Positions 40,388 through 50,000 of a DNA stretch of 64,000 nucleotides are shown piece by piece. The translations under genes and the position numbers were made by a program. The first letter of the stretch is position 1. Every line of letters begins with the position of its first letter. The notes below the pieces were generated by a model. That model did not search any database. It was not told the origin of the DNA and worked only from the letters and a program-made list of their open reading frames with translations. Origin of the DNA: a virus; the UHGV virus genome UHGV-0010228. One strand, written 5' to 3'.

Positions 40388-42403
40388 ATGTCTGAATATA
40401 TAATAAATGAAATCGGTAGTGCAGAGATGTCTATACCAGACGGTCTTTCAGAAGGTGATACTTTAAGATTTAATATTACAAACTCTGATGAAGCAACTGC
40501 ATATACTGGAACTATAATGAACTGGACAGTTCCTATGGACTTAGTTGTTCAGATAGATGCATATGGATCTAGAGGTTCATATGGTAACTTATATACATAT
40601 GGATTAACCGATACATCTAGATCCGGTAATGGTGCACATGTTGGTGGAGTATTTAATTTATCAGCAGGCTCTGAATTATTAATATTAGTTGGTCAACATG
40701 GTAAAGATGCTATGACAGGTACAGGATCTACTAGAGATGGTGTATCTGGTTGCGGTGGTGGAGGAACATTTGTTGTCCTTAAAACTGACGAATCAACTGG
40801 AAGTTTATTTGTTGGATCTGATACTAATGGATCTAAAGCTGCATATGGTGGATGGTATGTTTCGCCATTAGTAATTGCTGCAGGTGGCAATGGATCTAAG
40901 GATAATGGATATTCCGGAACTGGTCCCGGTAGAGGTGGTTTATCTACAACTTATACATCAAAACCTAGTTATTCATCATCATTGACAGGTGGTGGATTTG
41001 ATACTGCATATGGTACAAATAATAGCAATTCATCTTCATATGGATATGGTTTATCATTCTTAAATGGTGGATTAGGATCTCAGTATGCATATAGTAGATC
41101 TAGTATGACACCTAAAGCCGGATTCGGTGGCGGTGGAGGAAACTCCGATGATGGATATGGTGGTGGAGGTGGTGGATACTACGGCGGTATCCAATCTGCT
41201 GCTGCATGCTCATATGTTTCTCCTGATGCTGAATCAGTTATTACTGGTGAGGACGATATTAATGCTGGTGATGGATATGTTATTATAACTATAATTGAAG
41301 GAGGAAAAATATATTCTCCTGAAGTATATATGAGAGATAATGGCGAGATTCATAAATATTCAGATATGAAAGTATCTGTAAATGGCGAATTAAAAACTAT
41401 TAAAAACTTCTATTCTAAAATGGATGGAAAATGGGTTAAAATGGCAAGAGAAATTGTAGTATATGAAGCTGGTAAATCATGGACTCAATCTAATATAGAT
41501 AGTGGAAGTTTTTATAGTGTATATAATGCTAATGGTATATGGGTAGCTTGTAGTGGTGGTAATGGTCTTTATTATTCTACAGATGGTAAAGTATGGACTC
41601 AATCTAATATAACTAATGATGCTTTTCATACTGTATATAATGCTAATGGTATATGGGTAGCAGGTAATAATAATGGTCTATATTATTCTACAGATGGTAA
41701 AGCATGGACTCAATCTAATATAACCACTGGAGGTTTTAGACGAGTATATAATGCTAATGGCATATGGGTAGCATGTGATGCTGATGGTATTTATTATTCT
41801 ATGGATGGTAAATCATGGACTAAATCTAATATGACTTATGGAACTTATCATGATGCATATAATGCTAATGATATATGGGTAGCAGGTGGTAGTGGTAGTC
41901 TTTACTATTCTACAGATGGTAAAGTATGGACTCAATCTAATATAGATAATGGTAGTACTACCATCTTTTTCTCAGTATATAATGCCGATGATATATGGGT
42001 AGCAGGTAGTGATAATGGTCTTTATTATTCTACAGATGGTAAAGTATGGACTCAATCTAATATAGATAATGGTAGTTTTAATACTGTATATAATGCTAAT
42101 GGTATATGGGTAGCTTGTAGTGGTGGTAATGGTCTTTATTATTCTACAGATGGTAAAGTATGGACTCAATCTAATATAGATAATGGTAATTTTAATACTG
42201 TATATAATGCTAATGGTATATGGGTAGCTTGTAGTGATGGTAATGGTCTTTATTATTCTACAGATGGTAAAGTATGGACTCAATCTAATATAGATAATGG
42301 TAATTTTAATACTGTATATAATGCTAATGGTATATGGGTAGCTTGTAGTGATGGTAATGGTCTTTATTATTCAGAAACTAGAACAGAATATGTCAATAAA
42401 TAA
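40388..42403 (+). CDS. receptor-binding protein: Gly-rich domain + ~11 tandem BNR-like 38-aa beta-propeller repeats
   Basis: TAAGGAGGTG RBS before ATG 40388 (track ORF starts at 40349); GFGGGGGNSDDGYGGGGGGYYGG; repeats LYYSTDGKVWTQSNIDNG.FNTVYNANGIWVA. Confidence 0.7.
   Translation: MSEYIINEIGSAEMSIPDGLSEGDTLRFNITNSDEATAYTGTIMNWTVPMDLVVQIDAYGSRGSYGNLYTYGLTDTSRSGNGAHVGGVFNLSAGSELLILVGQHGKDAMTGTGSTRDGVSGCGGGGTFVVLKTDESTGSLFVGSDTNGSKAAYGGWYVSPLVIAAGGNGSKDNGYSGTGPGRGGLSTTYTSKPSYSSSLTGGGFDTAYGTNNSNSSSYGYGLSFLNGGLGSQYAYSRSSMTPKAGFGGGGGNSDDGYGGGGGGYYGGIQSAAACSYVSPDAESVITGEDDINAGDGYVIITIIEGGKIYSPEVYMRDNGEIHKYSDMKVSVNGELKTIKNFYSKMDGKWVKMAREIVVYEAGKSWTQSNIDSGSFYSVYNANGIWVACSGGNGLYYSTDGKVWTQSNITNDAFHTVYNANGIWVAGNNNGLYYSTDGKAWTQSNITTGGFRRVYNANGIWVACDADGIYYSMDGKSWTKSNMTYGTYHDAYNANDIWVAGGSGSLYYSTDGKVWTQSNIDNGSTTIFFSVYNADDIWVAGSDNGLYYSTDGKVWTQSNIDNGSFNTVYNANGIWVACSGGNGLYYSTDGKVWTQSNIDNGNFNTVYNANGIWVACSDGNGLYYSTDGKVWTQSNIDNGNFNTVYNANGIWVACSDGNGLYYSETRTEYVNK
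41468..42372 (+). repeat. tandem array of 114-bp coding repeats (BNR-like blade units); last three units >97% identical
   Basis: Units at 42061-42174, 42175-42288, 42289-42370 differ by 1-2 nt. Confidence 0.85.
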
Positions 42404-42421
42404 AATTGGGGGTGATATTTC

Positions 42422-43165
42422 ATGAAAATGATGAAAAGAAATAAAACTACCGGTAATCGTGAGATTATTGGTGGTAGCGTAGCACCTGCTACAATAAAAG
42501 TTGAAAATGTTGGTACTGATGTTAAGATAACAACAACTGACCAGGAAGAAACTACAGTAGCAACATTTGGTAATGGTATAAAAGTTGTAGGTACATTATC
42601 TAAAGGTGCTACTGAAATTATACTCAAACATGATCAGATAACTGAAGATAGTATTATTGAATGCTATAGTAGTGTATACAATGCTAGACCACAAGATATT
42701 GAAACTAGTAGTGGGCAGGTTAAATTAACATTTGCTGCTCAGAGTAGTGATATACAAGTTATGATATTAATCAAAACTGTAGACATGGGTAAAGTATATC
42801 TTGATACAACAGATGCAACAGCAACTGCCAGTGATATCGCTAATGGCAAAACTGCATATGTAAATGGTAAGAAAATAAGTGGTGGGTTAGAAAACGCTGA
42901 TTTAATTCATTTAGGAATAACAGACACATCAGAATTGCGCGATTTTGATGATTCAAAAGCAATTGGTGTTTTATATTCTAGTAATTATAAAATGACTTCT
43001 GATAGACTTACCTCCGGAAAATATATTGTTGATATGTCTAATACGGTTATAACTGCATATGCATCATATGCTGCATTAGCCGAGGTTATTGGATTAACTG
43101 CAGATAAGATTGTAAAAGGCAATACTATATTAGGTATTGCTGGAACTGCAGAAGTATCATCATAA
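42422..43165 (+). CDS. fibre-associated protein (247 aa), paralogue of next gene
   Basis: GGGGGTGA RBS; N-terminus MKMMKRNKTTGNREIIGG; C-terminal ADKIVKGNTILGIAGT module. Confidence 0.6.
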   Translation: MKMMKRNKTTGNREIIGGSVAPATIKVENVGTDVKITTTDQEETTVATFGNGIKVVGTLSKGATEIILKHDQITEDSIIECYSSVYNARPQDIETSSGQVKLTFAAQSSDIQVMILIKTVDMGKVYLDTTDATATASDIANGKTAYVNGKKISGGLENADLIHLGITDTSELRDFDDSKAIGVLYSSNYKMTSDRLTSGKYIVDMSNTVITAYASYAALAEVIGLTADKIVKGNTILGIAGTAEVSS

Positions 43166-43186
43166 CTAATTGGTGGTGATTGTATT

Positions 43187-43549
43187 ATGAAGTTAATGAG
43201 ACGAAACAAAACTACTGGTAATAGAGATGCTGTAGGTGAATATATTGATCCTGGGTATTTATCTGTTACAACTAGTGGAACTGATATAATAATATCTACG
43301 AATAATCCTACTGGAGAAAATACTACCGCTACAGTAAGTAATGGTATTTTAGTAACTGGAAATTTAGCAGTAGGTGCAACTTCTTTAGTATTAGAAAATC
43401 CAAATATTACAACATCAAGCATGTTTGAATGTTATACGTCAAATTATAATATTCGACCTAAGAATATTAGTGTAGCTGCAGGTAAAGCTACAATAACTTT
43501 TATCGCACAAACAGAAGCAGTTACAGTATATTTACTGATAAAAGGATAA
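43187..43549 (+). CDS. fibre-associated protein (120 aa), tandem paralogue
   Basis: GGTGGTGA RBS; N-terminus MKLMRRNKTTGNRDAVGE aligns with 42422 product. Confidence 0.6.
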   Translation: MKLMRRNKTTGNRDAVGEYIDPGYLSVTTSGTDIIISTNNPTGENTTATVSNGILVTGNLAVGATSLVLENPNITTSSMFECYTSNYNIRPKNISVAAGKATITFIAQTEAVTVYLLIKG

Positions 43550-43559
43550 TACATATATT

Positions 43560-43609
43560 AATTACGGTATATTCTATATATAGAATATACCGTAATTTCT
43601 TTTTTTTTT
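43560..43609 (+). terminator. 38-nt perfect palindrome + T9 terminator (copy 1 of duplicated terminator)
   Basis: aattacggtatattctatatatagaatataccgtaatt tct ttttttttt. Confidence 0.8.
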
Positions 43610-43624
43610 CTATTATTATGCTAT

Positions 43625-43641
43625 CAAAACATCACAGTAAA
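43625..43641 (+). promoter_or_regulatory. conserved fibre-gene upstream motif caaaacatcacagtaaa (candidate late promoter element)
   Basis: One of four copies of CAAAACAYC...ATAAA 18-47 nt upstream of large fibre gene starts. Confidence 0.5.
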
Positions 43642-43687
43642 CTTAATGCTTTCATTAATTATTTTTTTTTTGAAAGGAGATGACAGT

Positions 43688-46228
43688 ATGGCTTGGTATG
43701 AATATCGAGGAACTACTAATGACAAAGTAATCCCTATAAATACTACAGCAACTGCTGAAGATATAGCAACTGGTAAAACTGTATATAGTAATGGTGAAAA
43801 AATTGTTGGTAATATAGCATCGATAGGAATTAAAACATATTCCCCAGGAAAGGCAAATATTACTATACCTAAAAATTATTATTTATCCGGAAATCAGACT
43901 ATAAAAGGCGATTCAAATTTAATTGCAGCTAATATTATAAAGGGAAAATCAATATTTGGTGTAACTGGAACAACCAACGTTGTTAATTATAGAGCTGATA
44001 CAAAAAACTATACTAGTAGCAGTGAGAATTGTGGCGAAGTGTACAATGGTGTGACAATACCATATATAAATGATGCTATGTTGTTTGCGTATCCATCAGA
44101 AGCTCAAATTTCTAATAATCGATACTCATCTGGATCGAATCTATTTTTTAGTTCTCTTGGTGGTTATTTATGGTATACTATATCATGGTATTATAGATAT
44201 AACTCGGTTTATCAAAAAGCAAAATATTTACTATATGATCATACACTATCTACAGTAACTGCGATATATGGTAATCACTTAGTTAAATTTTTTCAATATC
44301 AATATTATATTAACAATGAATCATCTTATGAATGTATTTCAACATATGACTCGAATGTATCATTTAGTTCAAATTATATATCGATGATATTGAGTGCTGA
44401 TGATAAATATGTGTATATCAGCGATGTTGGAACGCCATCAACAACAACGGTATATATGGCTAATAATAATTCTGGTAGTAGTAAAAACATTACACTCACA
44501 AATAAAATTCCATATACATTATGTAGGCCATATTATGAAGAAGAAAAAAATCTATTATTTCATAAAAGGATTTATCTTACAGGAAGCGATTCTGCAAATG
44601 GTGTATATTATTCATATGATGGAAAAATATGGACTAAGACCAGTATATCATCAGGACAATTTAATATGTCTGCTAATGTTAAAAGTAGATTAGGATTTAT
44701 CTCCGTTGGTTCTACATTATACTATTCATATGACGGTATATCGTGGTCTCAATTTTCGAATACTGTTGCAATGGGCTCTTGTCAAAAATTTGTCAGTGGT
44801 ACAAATTCAGGACAAAGTATGAATGCTGCTATTGGAAGTGGTGGAAATGAAGGATTGTTATGTATCTCACCTTTTAGTGATCTTTCATATGGTGGAGAAA
44901 TTGACACTACAAACATAACAACGGGAAATTTTCATTATTTAGCGTCAAGTAGCGAATATATAATTGCAGCATCTGGTGATGATGGTACGCCTATATATTA
45001 TAGTTATAATGGATATTCATGGGCACAATATGGATCAATAACTTCTTCAGTAAAATGTTTAGAATATGCTAACGAAATATTTGTATTAGCTACTACCGAT
45101 GGTATGTATACAAGCAATAAACAGTGTAGTGGTTGGAAAAAAATATCTATCACTGATTCAACGATAGGATTTGATTTTGTTTTTTATGGAACTAATAAAG
45201 TTTGGGTCGGTGGATATAAAACATTAAATTATGTTTATTACTCAACCGATAATGGTACAACTTGGACTAAATCTGATGCAATATCCGGCAGTACAGGATT
45301 TAGTTCTGGATGTTACAATAGATTTACACAATTATATCTCATAGGTAGTTCGTCAGGAAATGGAATATATTATTCAAAAGATGGAATATCGTGGTATCCT
45401 AGTGAATTAACATCCCAAACTGTTAATAAATTTATGGTTACAAATACAAATGTTGTTGCATTGACAAATGCTGGGGTATATTATTCACATGATGGAGTTG
45501 TATGGAATATAACAAATCTTACAAATGCCATATATACAAAGATGAGTTACATTGACGTATTACAACGTCCAATAATCGATTATGATGTTCTATATGTTAG
45601 CACAGGAAGTTCAGATAATACTAATAATGGAGTATGCATGATCGCTGGTTATAATGGATATAATGGATCATCTTCCGGATCAATCATATGGTCAATAACT
45701 GAAAATTCATCAACATATGGAGCTATAATAGATATTATTACCGATATTGATAATCAATACATTTTTGGTCTATCTAAAAATGGATATCTGGTGGTTTATA
45801 ATATACGATCAAAGACATGTGTTGCTAAATTAGTCGATTCTGCTGGTGAAATGTGTAGAATTTCATATAACGCAGGAATAATAGCTGTTGGTTATATGTC
45901 TAATAATACAAATGTTATAATTAAGACTTTTATATTAAACTATGGAAATACAGATGGAATTAAAAATCTCATAATCAGGGACTTTACTTCAATCACAACA
46001 ACATCTTCAGCGTCAGATAATCCACCAAAAATCAAAGCACTTACAATTAATAATGAGGGGATAATTAAGTTTGGATTATCAAATGGGTATATATCAGCGA
46101 GTTATATATGTACAGGTGAATTATATGGCCAAAATATGTTAACATCTGAAGCTATCACAGGTTCACTTCCAGTGCTAAATGAAGTGGGGGATATTATAGG
46201 AACTAAATATTTTAAAACATTTTATTAA
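43688..46228 (+). CDS. receptor-binding protein, AWY-class N-domain + divergent BNR-like repeats
   Basis: GAAAGGAGATGA RBS before ATG 43688 (track ORF from 43646 is an upstream extension); N-terminus MAWYEY...NIIKGKSIFGVTGT; flanked by identical 53-bp terminator repeats. Confidence 0.7.
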   Translation: MAWYEYRGTTNDKVIPINTTATAEDIATGKTVYSNGEKIVGNIASIGIKTYSPGKANITIPKNYYLSGNQTIKGDSNLIAANIIKGKSIFGVTGTTNVVNYRADTKNYTSSSENCGEVYNGVTIPYINDAMLFAYPSEAQISNNRYSSGSNLFFSSLGGYLWYTISWYYRYNSVYQKAKYLLYDHTLSTVTAIYGNHLVKFFQYQYYINNESSYECISTYDSNVSFSSNYISMILSADDKYVYISDVGTPSTTTVYMANNNSGSSKNITLTNKIPYTLCRPYYEEEKNLLFHKRIYLTGSDSANGVYYSYDGKIWTKTSISSGQFNMSANVKSRLGFISVGSTLYYSYDGISWSQFSNTVAMGSCQKFVSGTNSGQSMNAAIGSGGNEGLLCISPFSDLSYGGEIDTTNITTGNFHYLASSSEYIIAASGDDGTPIYYSYNGYSWAQYGSITSSVKCLEYANEIFVLATTDGMYTSNKQCSGWKKISITDSTIGFDFVFYGTNKVWVGGYKTLNYVYYSTDNGTTWTKSDAISGSTGFSSGCYNRFTQLYLIGSSSGNGIYYSKDGISWYPSELTSQTVNKFMVTNTNVVALTNAGVYYSHDGVVWNITNLTNAIYTKMSYIDVLQRPIIDYDVLYVSTGSSDNTNNGVCMIAGYNGYNGSSSGSIIWSITENSSTYGAIIDIITDIDNQYIFGLSKNGYLVVYNIRSKTCVAKLVDSAGEMCRISYNAGIIAVGYMSNNTNVIIKTFILNYGNTDGIKNLIIRDFTSITTTSSASDNPPKIKALTINNEGIIKFGLSNGYISASYICTGELYGQNMLTSEAITGSLPVLNEVGDIIGTKYFKTFY

Positions 46229-46249
46229 TCTAGAAGTTAAATATCTATT

Positions 46250-46298
46250 AATTACGGTATATTCTATATATAGAATATACCGTAATTTCTTTTTTTTT
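46250..46298 (+). terminator. identical terminator copy 2
   Basis: Same 53-bp sequence as 43556-43609 (T-run one shorter). Confidence 0.8.
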
Positions 46299-46362
46299 AT
46301 TAGTATATTATTAAAGTGAATAAATACAATACATAGTATATAATATAAGGAGGAATATTACT

Positions 46363-46893
46363 ATGAAAAGAATCTCTACTATGGAAGACCTTCGCGAGTT
46401 TGCAGATGAAGTAAATACAGTCATCCCAGCTCTGAATGCGGACAAGGAATGTGGTAACGTATATTATGATACCGACATAATAGAACAGTGTAGTCTTATA
46501 ATAGACTATACTGATGAAGAGCACGTTAGTGCTCTGAAGAAGATAGATGAAATTGCTAAGCATCAATTTCATCTATCTTCTGGTCTGGAGTTGATTCTCC
46601 AGATACGGGAATTGTATCAGTTGCGTCGTATTGGTGCACCTGATACTGGGGAGTATGATTACTCCTGTGGGGCCGAAATGATAATATGTGAACAGGTCCT
46701 CAGTACTGCTGAGGCGGCTGAGAAATCTACCATTGAGCAGCGCTGGGGACTTGTTCGACAGGCGGGTGTTGATATGGAGAAATATTACCCAGTCATCAGC
46801 GATGGAAGCCGCTGGGGTGATTATGAGGAGAACGCCAGTGACCTCGCCCAAGTGATAACTGATATTTATTTAAAGGGATTATCCCTTAAATAA
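46363..46893 (+). CDS. hypothetical acidic protein, GC-rich moron (176 aa)
   Basis: AAGGAGG RBS; local GC ~45% vs ~30% background; bounded by terminators. Confidence 0.6.
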   Translation: MKRISTMEDLREFADEVNTVIPALNADKECGNVYYDTDIIEQCSLIIDYTDEEHVSALKKIDEIAKHQFHLSSGLELILQIRELYQLRRIGAPDTGEYDYSCGAEMIICEQVLSTAEAAEKSTIEQRWGLVRQAGVDMEKYYPVISDGSRWGDYEENASDLAQVITDIYLKGLSLK

Positions 46894-46910
46894 ATATCGT
46901 AAAAAATATA

Positions 46911-46940
46911 AGTTAGGTTTTCCCTAACTTTATTTTTTAT
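46911..46940 (+). terminator. hairpin terminator after moron 46363-46893
   Basis: agttagg ttttc cctaact + ttattttttat. Confidence 0.6.
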
Positions 46941-46952
46941 ACTTATACCTGC

Positions 46953-46969
46953 CAAAACATCACAATAAA
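46953..46969 (+). promoter_or_regulatory. conserved fibre-gene upstream motif caaaacatcacaataaa
   Basis: 46 nt upstream of ATG 47015. Confidence 0.5.
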
Positions 46970-47014
46970 AATTAATAAAATAAATTATTTTTTGAAAGGA
47001 GTTGACTTAAATAT

Positions 47015-50000
47015 ATGCCATGGTTTCCTACATGTGGAGGCGTTGATACATCAGACGCAAATGTAACTCCAGAAGATGTATTAGAAGGAAAAATAGTATA
47101 TTCACATAATGGCCCAGTTGTGGGCACAATACCAAGTTTACCAGAAAAAACCTGGATTCCAGGACCTGAAGAACAGGTAATTCCGGGAGGACATTATATT
47201 GCAGGTACACAGACAATTAAAGGTGATCCTAACCTTTATCCAGAAAATATAGTTAAAGGTAAAACTATATTTGGTGTAGAAGGCACAGGTATACCTGTGG
47301 AATTTAACGATCCAACATTTATTGAAAAATTGTGCGTATCAGATTTTAAAGGTAAAGTTGATTTCTCTAAAGATTCCGAATATTTCTATACTTATGGTAC
47401 TTCAATTATTAATAAACATAATTCGACAACTGGAGAAGTTATATGGTCTCAATCAATATCTGATGATACTAAAAAAATATATTCAAATTTATATATAACA
47501 CCAGATGATCTTCTTATATATTATGGATCTAAAAATGGATATTTAAATTCAATAATAGCAGATTCAGGAATTTCTCATTTAAGTGTTAAGGTATTAGATA
47601 CAACAAAATCTGTTGAATATATAAAGGGTATTGAAAATTATAAAGGTTCAACATTCAGCTTATTATTATTTGTGCCAAATACAACAGTTATTGGAAGGGT
47701 AGATTTTATTGACACGTCTACTAATAATATAGAAACAATTACTATACCATCTAGTTATTCTATCGATGTCGATGATAAGGATATCTATTATTATTGCAAT
47801 TCTTCTTCTCCAAGAAAGATATGCAAGATATGTACAGATTCAGCGGATAATTATGAAATTGAAACTGGAACTATAAATAGTTATGGAATACAACCTGATG
47901 GAAAATATTTATACACAGTAGCTAAGGTTGATAATACTACTGATAAATTATCACAGTATAATGCAGAAACTGGTGCATTAGTACGTAGTGTGAACGTTGA
48001 TGTAAACACCCGTGATAACTGCTCATTACTTATTACGGATAGTTTATCGGAATATATATATCTTCAAAATACTAGAACTATATATAGATACTCAACTGAT
48101 TTGTTGTTAAATTATGCTAATAACCCATTTTTATTTACAGATGGTACAGTGTCCAGTGCTGTTGATAGTGCTAGTGTTGATAGTAATGGAGAATATGTAT
48201 ATGTATCATATTTAAGTGAAGATACCTCTGAGTTGTATAAATATAAGCAGGTATTTGGATCAATATACCCATTGGAAAATCCGGATCCTTATATCAATAT
48301 AGATAGAATTATTAAGAGAAAGAAAGATACTTATAAAACATATGAAACCCCAGTAGAAATCTGGGATGATGAATATGATTCAGAAATTGACTCTATTAGT
48401 TGTACTGATGATGGTCATTATGTATACATATGCACGCAGAATAATGGATTTATAAAAATGAATTCTGTAAATAAGAAAATTATATGGTCATATAATGATG
48501 GTATGTCAGGATATGTAGTTGTAGATCATAATGATAAGTATGTATATGTAGCAACGAATAGTGCATTAACTAAACTTGACGCATCAAATGGTAATGTTGT
48601 AATTTCATTATCAGATTATGCAAGATCTAGAACTGCTGCATATTCTATACAGAATATGACTATTACAGATGATAATGAATATTTAGTATATATTAATAAC
48701 AATAGTAGCTCTGCAAGTAGTAGTAAAATTGTTAAATTTAAAACTTCAGATATGAGTGTTAAATGGGAAAAGACACCTCATACTAATTACATTAACCAAT
48801 TAGATTTAGTAAGTAAAACTGGAGATATATATTTCAATAAATCTTCTCAGATACCTATTGAAACGGATTATATTCTTCCATTCACTGGTGGTGTAAATAA
48901 TGTAGTATATTTTAATAGTAAATATTTATTATTACCTAATAAAACTTTCATTACTAATAGTGAAACTAATACAACTGAGTTTACTTATTACTTAGGCGAT
49001 ACTCTTAATATAGCGTATATGGAAAAGCACACTATTAGTACTGATGGGATGAATACTAATTTTAGCGATTATACGATAACCAAAATAGTTGCATCTTCAT
49101 ATGTGTGTATTATATATGTAAAAGGCATTGACAATGCATCATTAACTGAAAGTGAAACTTCATTAAATAAATATTATTATACTTATGATGGCGTAAATTG
49201 GAGTGAGGGTTCATTTGGTTTATACTGCCCAACGTCAAATATTATTAATTGTAGTAATACATTTATATATTCGGCATCGGATAAGAGTACATATAATAAA
49301 TTATTCTCATCATATGATGGAATAAATTGGACTGAGAATACTAATTATACAGATACATATACTAATGGTACTGTATGGGGATTAGGATATGTCAATTCAA
49401 GATATTTATTAGTATCTAATATATTACAATATTCTACAGATTTTAAAACTTTTAGTACTGCAACTATTGCTAGTTTGCCTAGTGAAACTGCTGTTGGTGA
49501 GAATTTTGCTAATAAATATGGAGAAATTCACTGTGTTTATATATATAGCAGATATTATTTAGCTTGTGCTGATGGAATATATTATTCGTCTGATTTAAAT
49601 ACTTGGACAAAATGTACATTTACTTATCCGACTAGTGCGGATTTTCCTTCCGAATTATCTTACCCATTATTAATGACCAACTATAGTAATTATATATATA
49701 TTATAGAATCTGCTAGTGGTAATACAGCTGAAATATCGAATTATGTAAGATCAATTTATATTACTTCAACATCACAGACATCTTTCAATGTAACTAATAT
49801 TAAAGCTGCACCATTATTAAGTGAAACATCATCAACATCAACATTATTTGTAACTGGTGGATGTGTAAGTGATAATGCTATTGCCGGTCTTTATTATTCT
49901 ACAGATGGTAAAACATGGACTCAGTCTAATCTAACAACTGGACTTTTTAGCGATGTGTGTAATTTTGATATATGGGTAGCAGGTAGTAGTGATGATGGAC

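Noticed and set aside
41972-42283. Minus-strand ORFs encoding SPYFTICRIIKTITITTSYPY-type peptides (also 49931-50158, 50213-50641, 52484-52687, 62941-63210, 63292-63555)
   Set aside because: They are antisense shadows of the 114-bp BNR-like coding repeats. They have no RBS and a repetitive nonsense composition, while the plus-strand frame is continuous with RBS-led genes.
43646-43687. Upstream extensions of track ORFs (43646, 40349, 30257, 33914, 60109, 55386 starts)
   Set aside because: In each case a strong GGAGG-type RBS precedes an internal start, and the N-termini align with paralogues (for example MAWY). The extensions run through promoter or terminator sequence.
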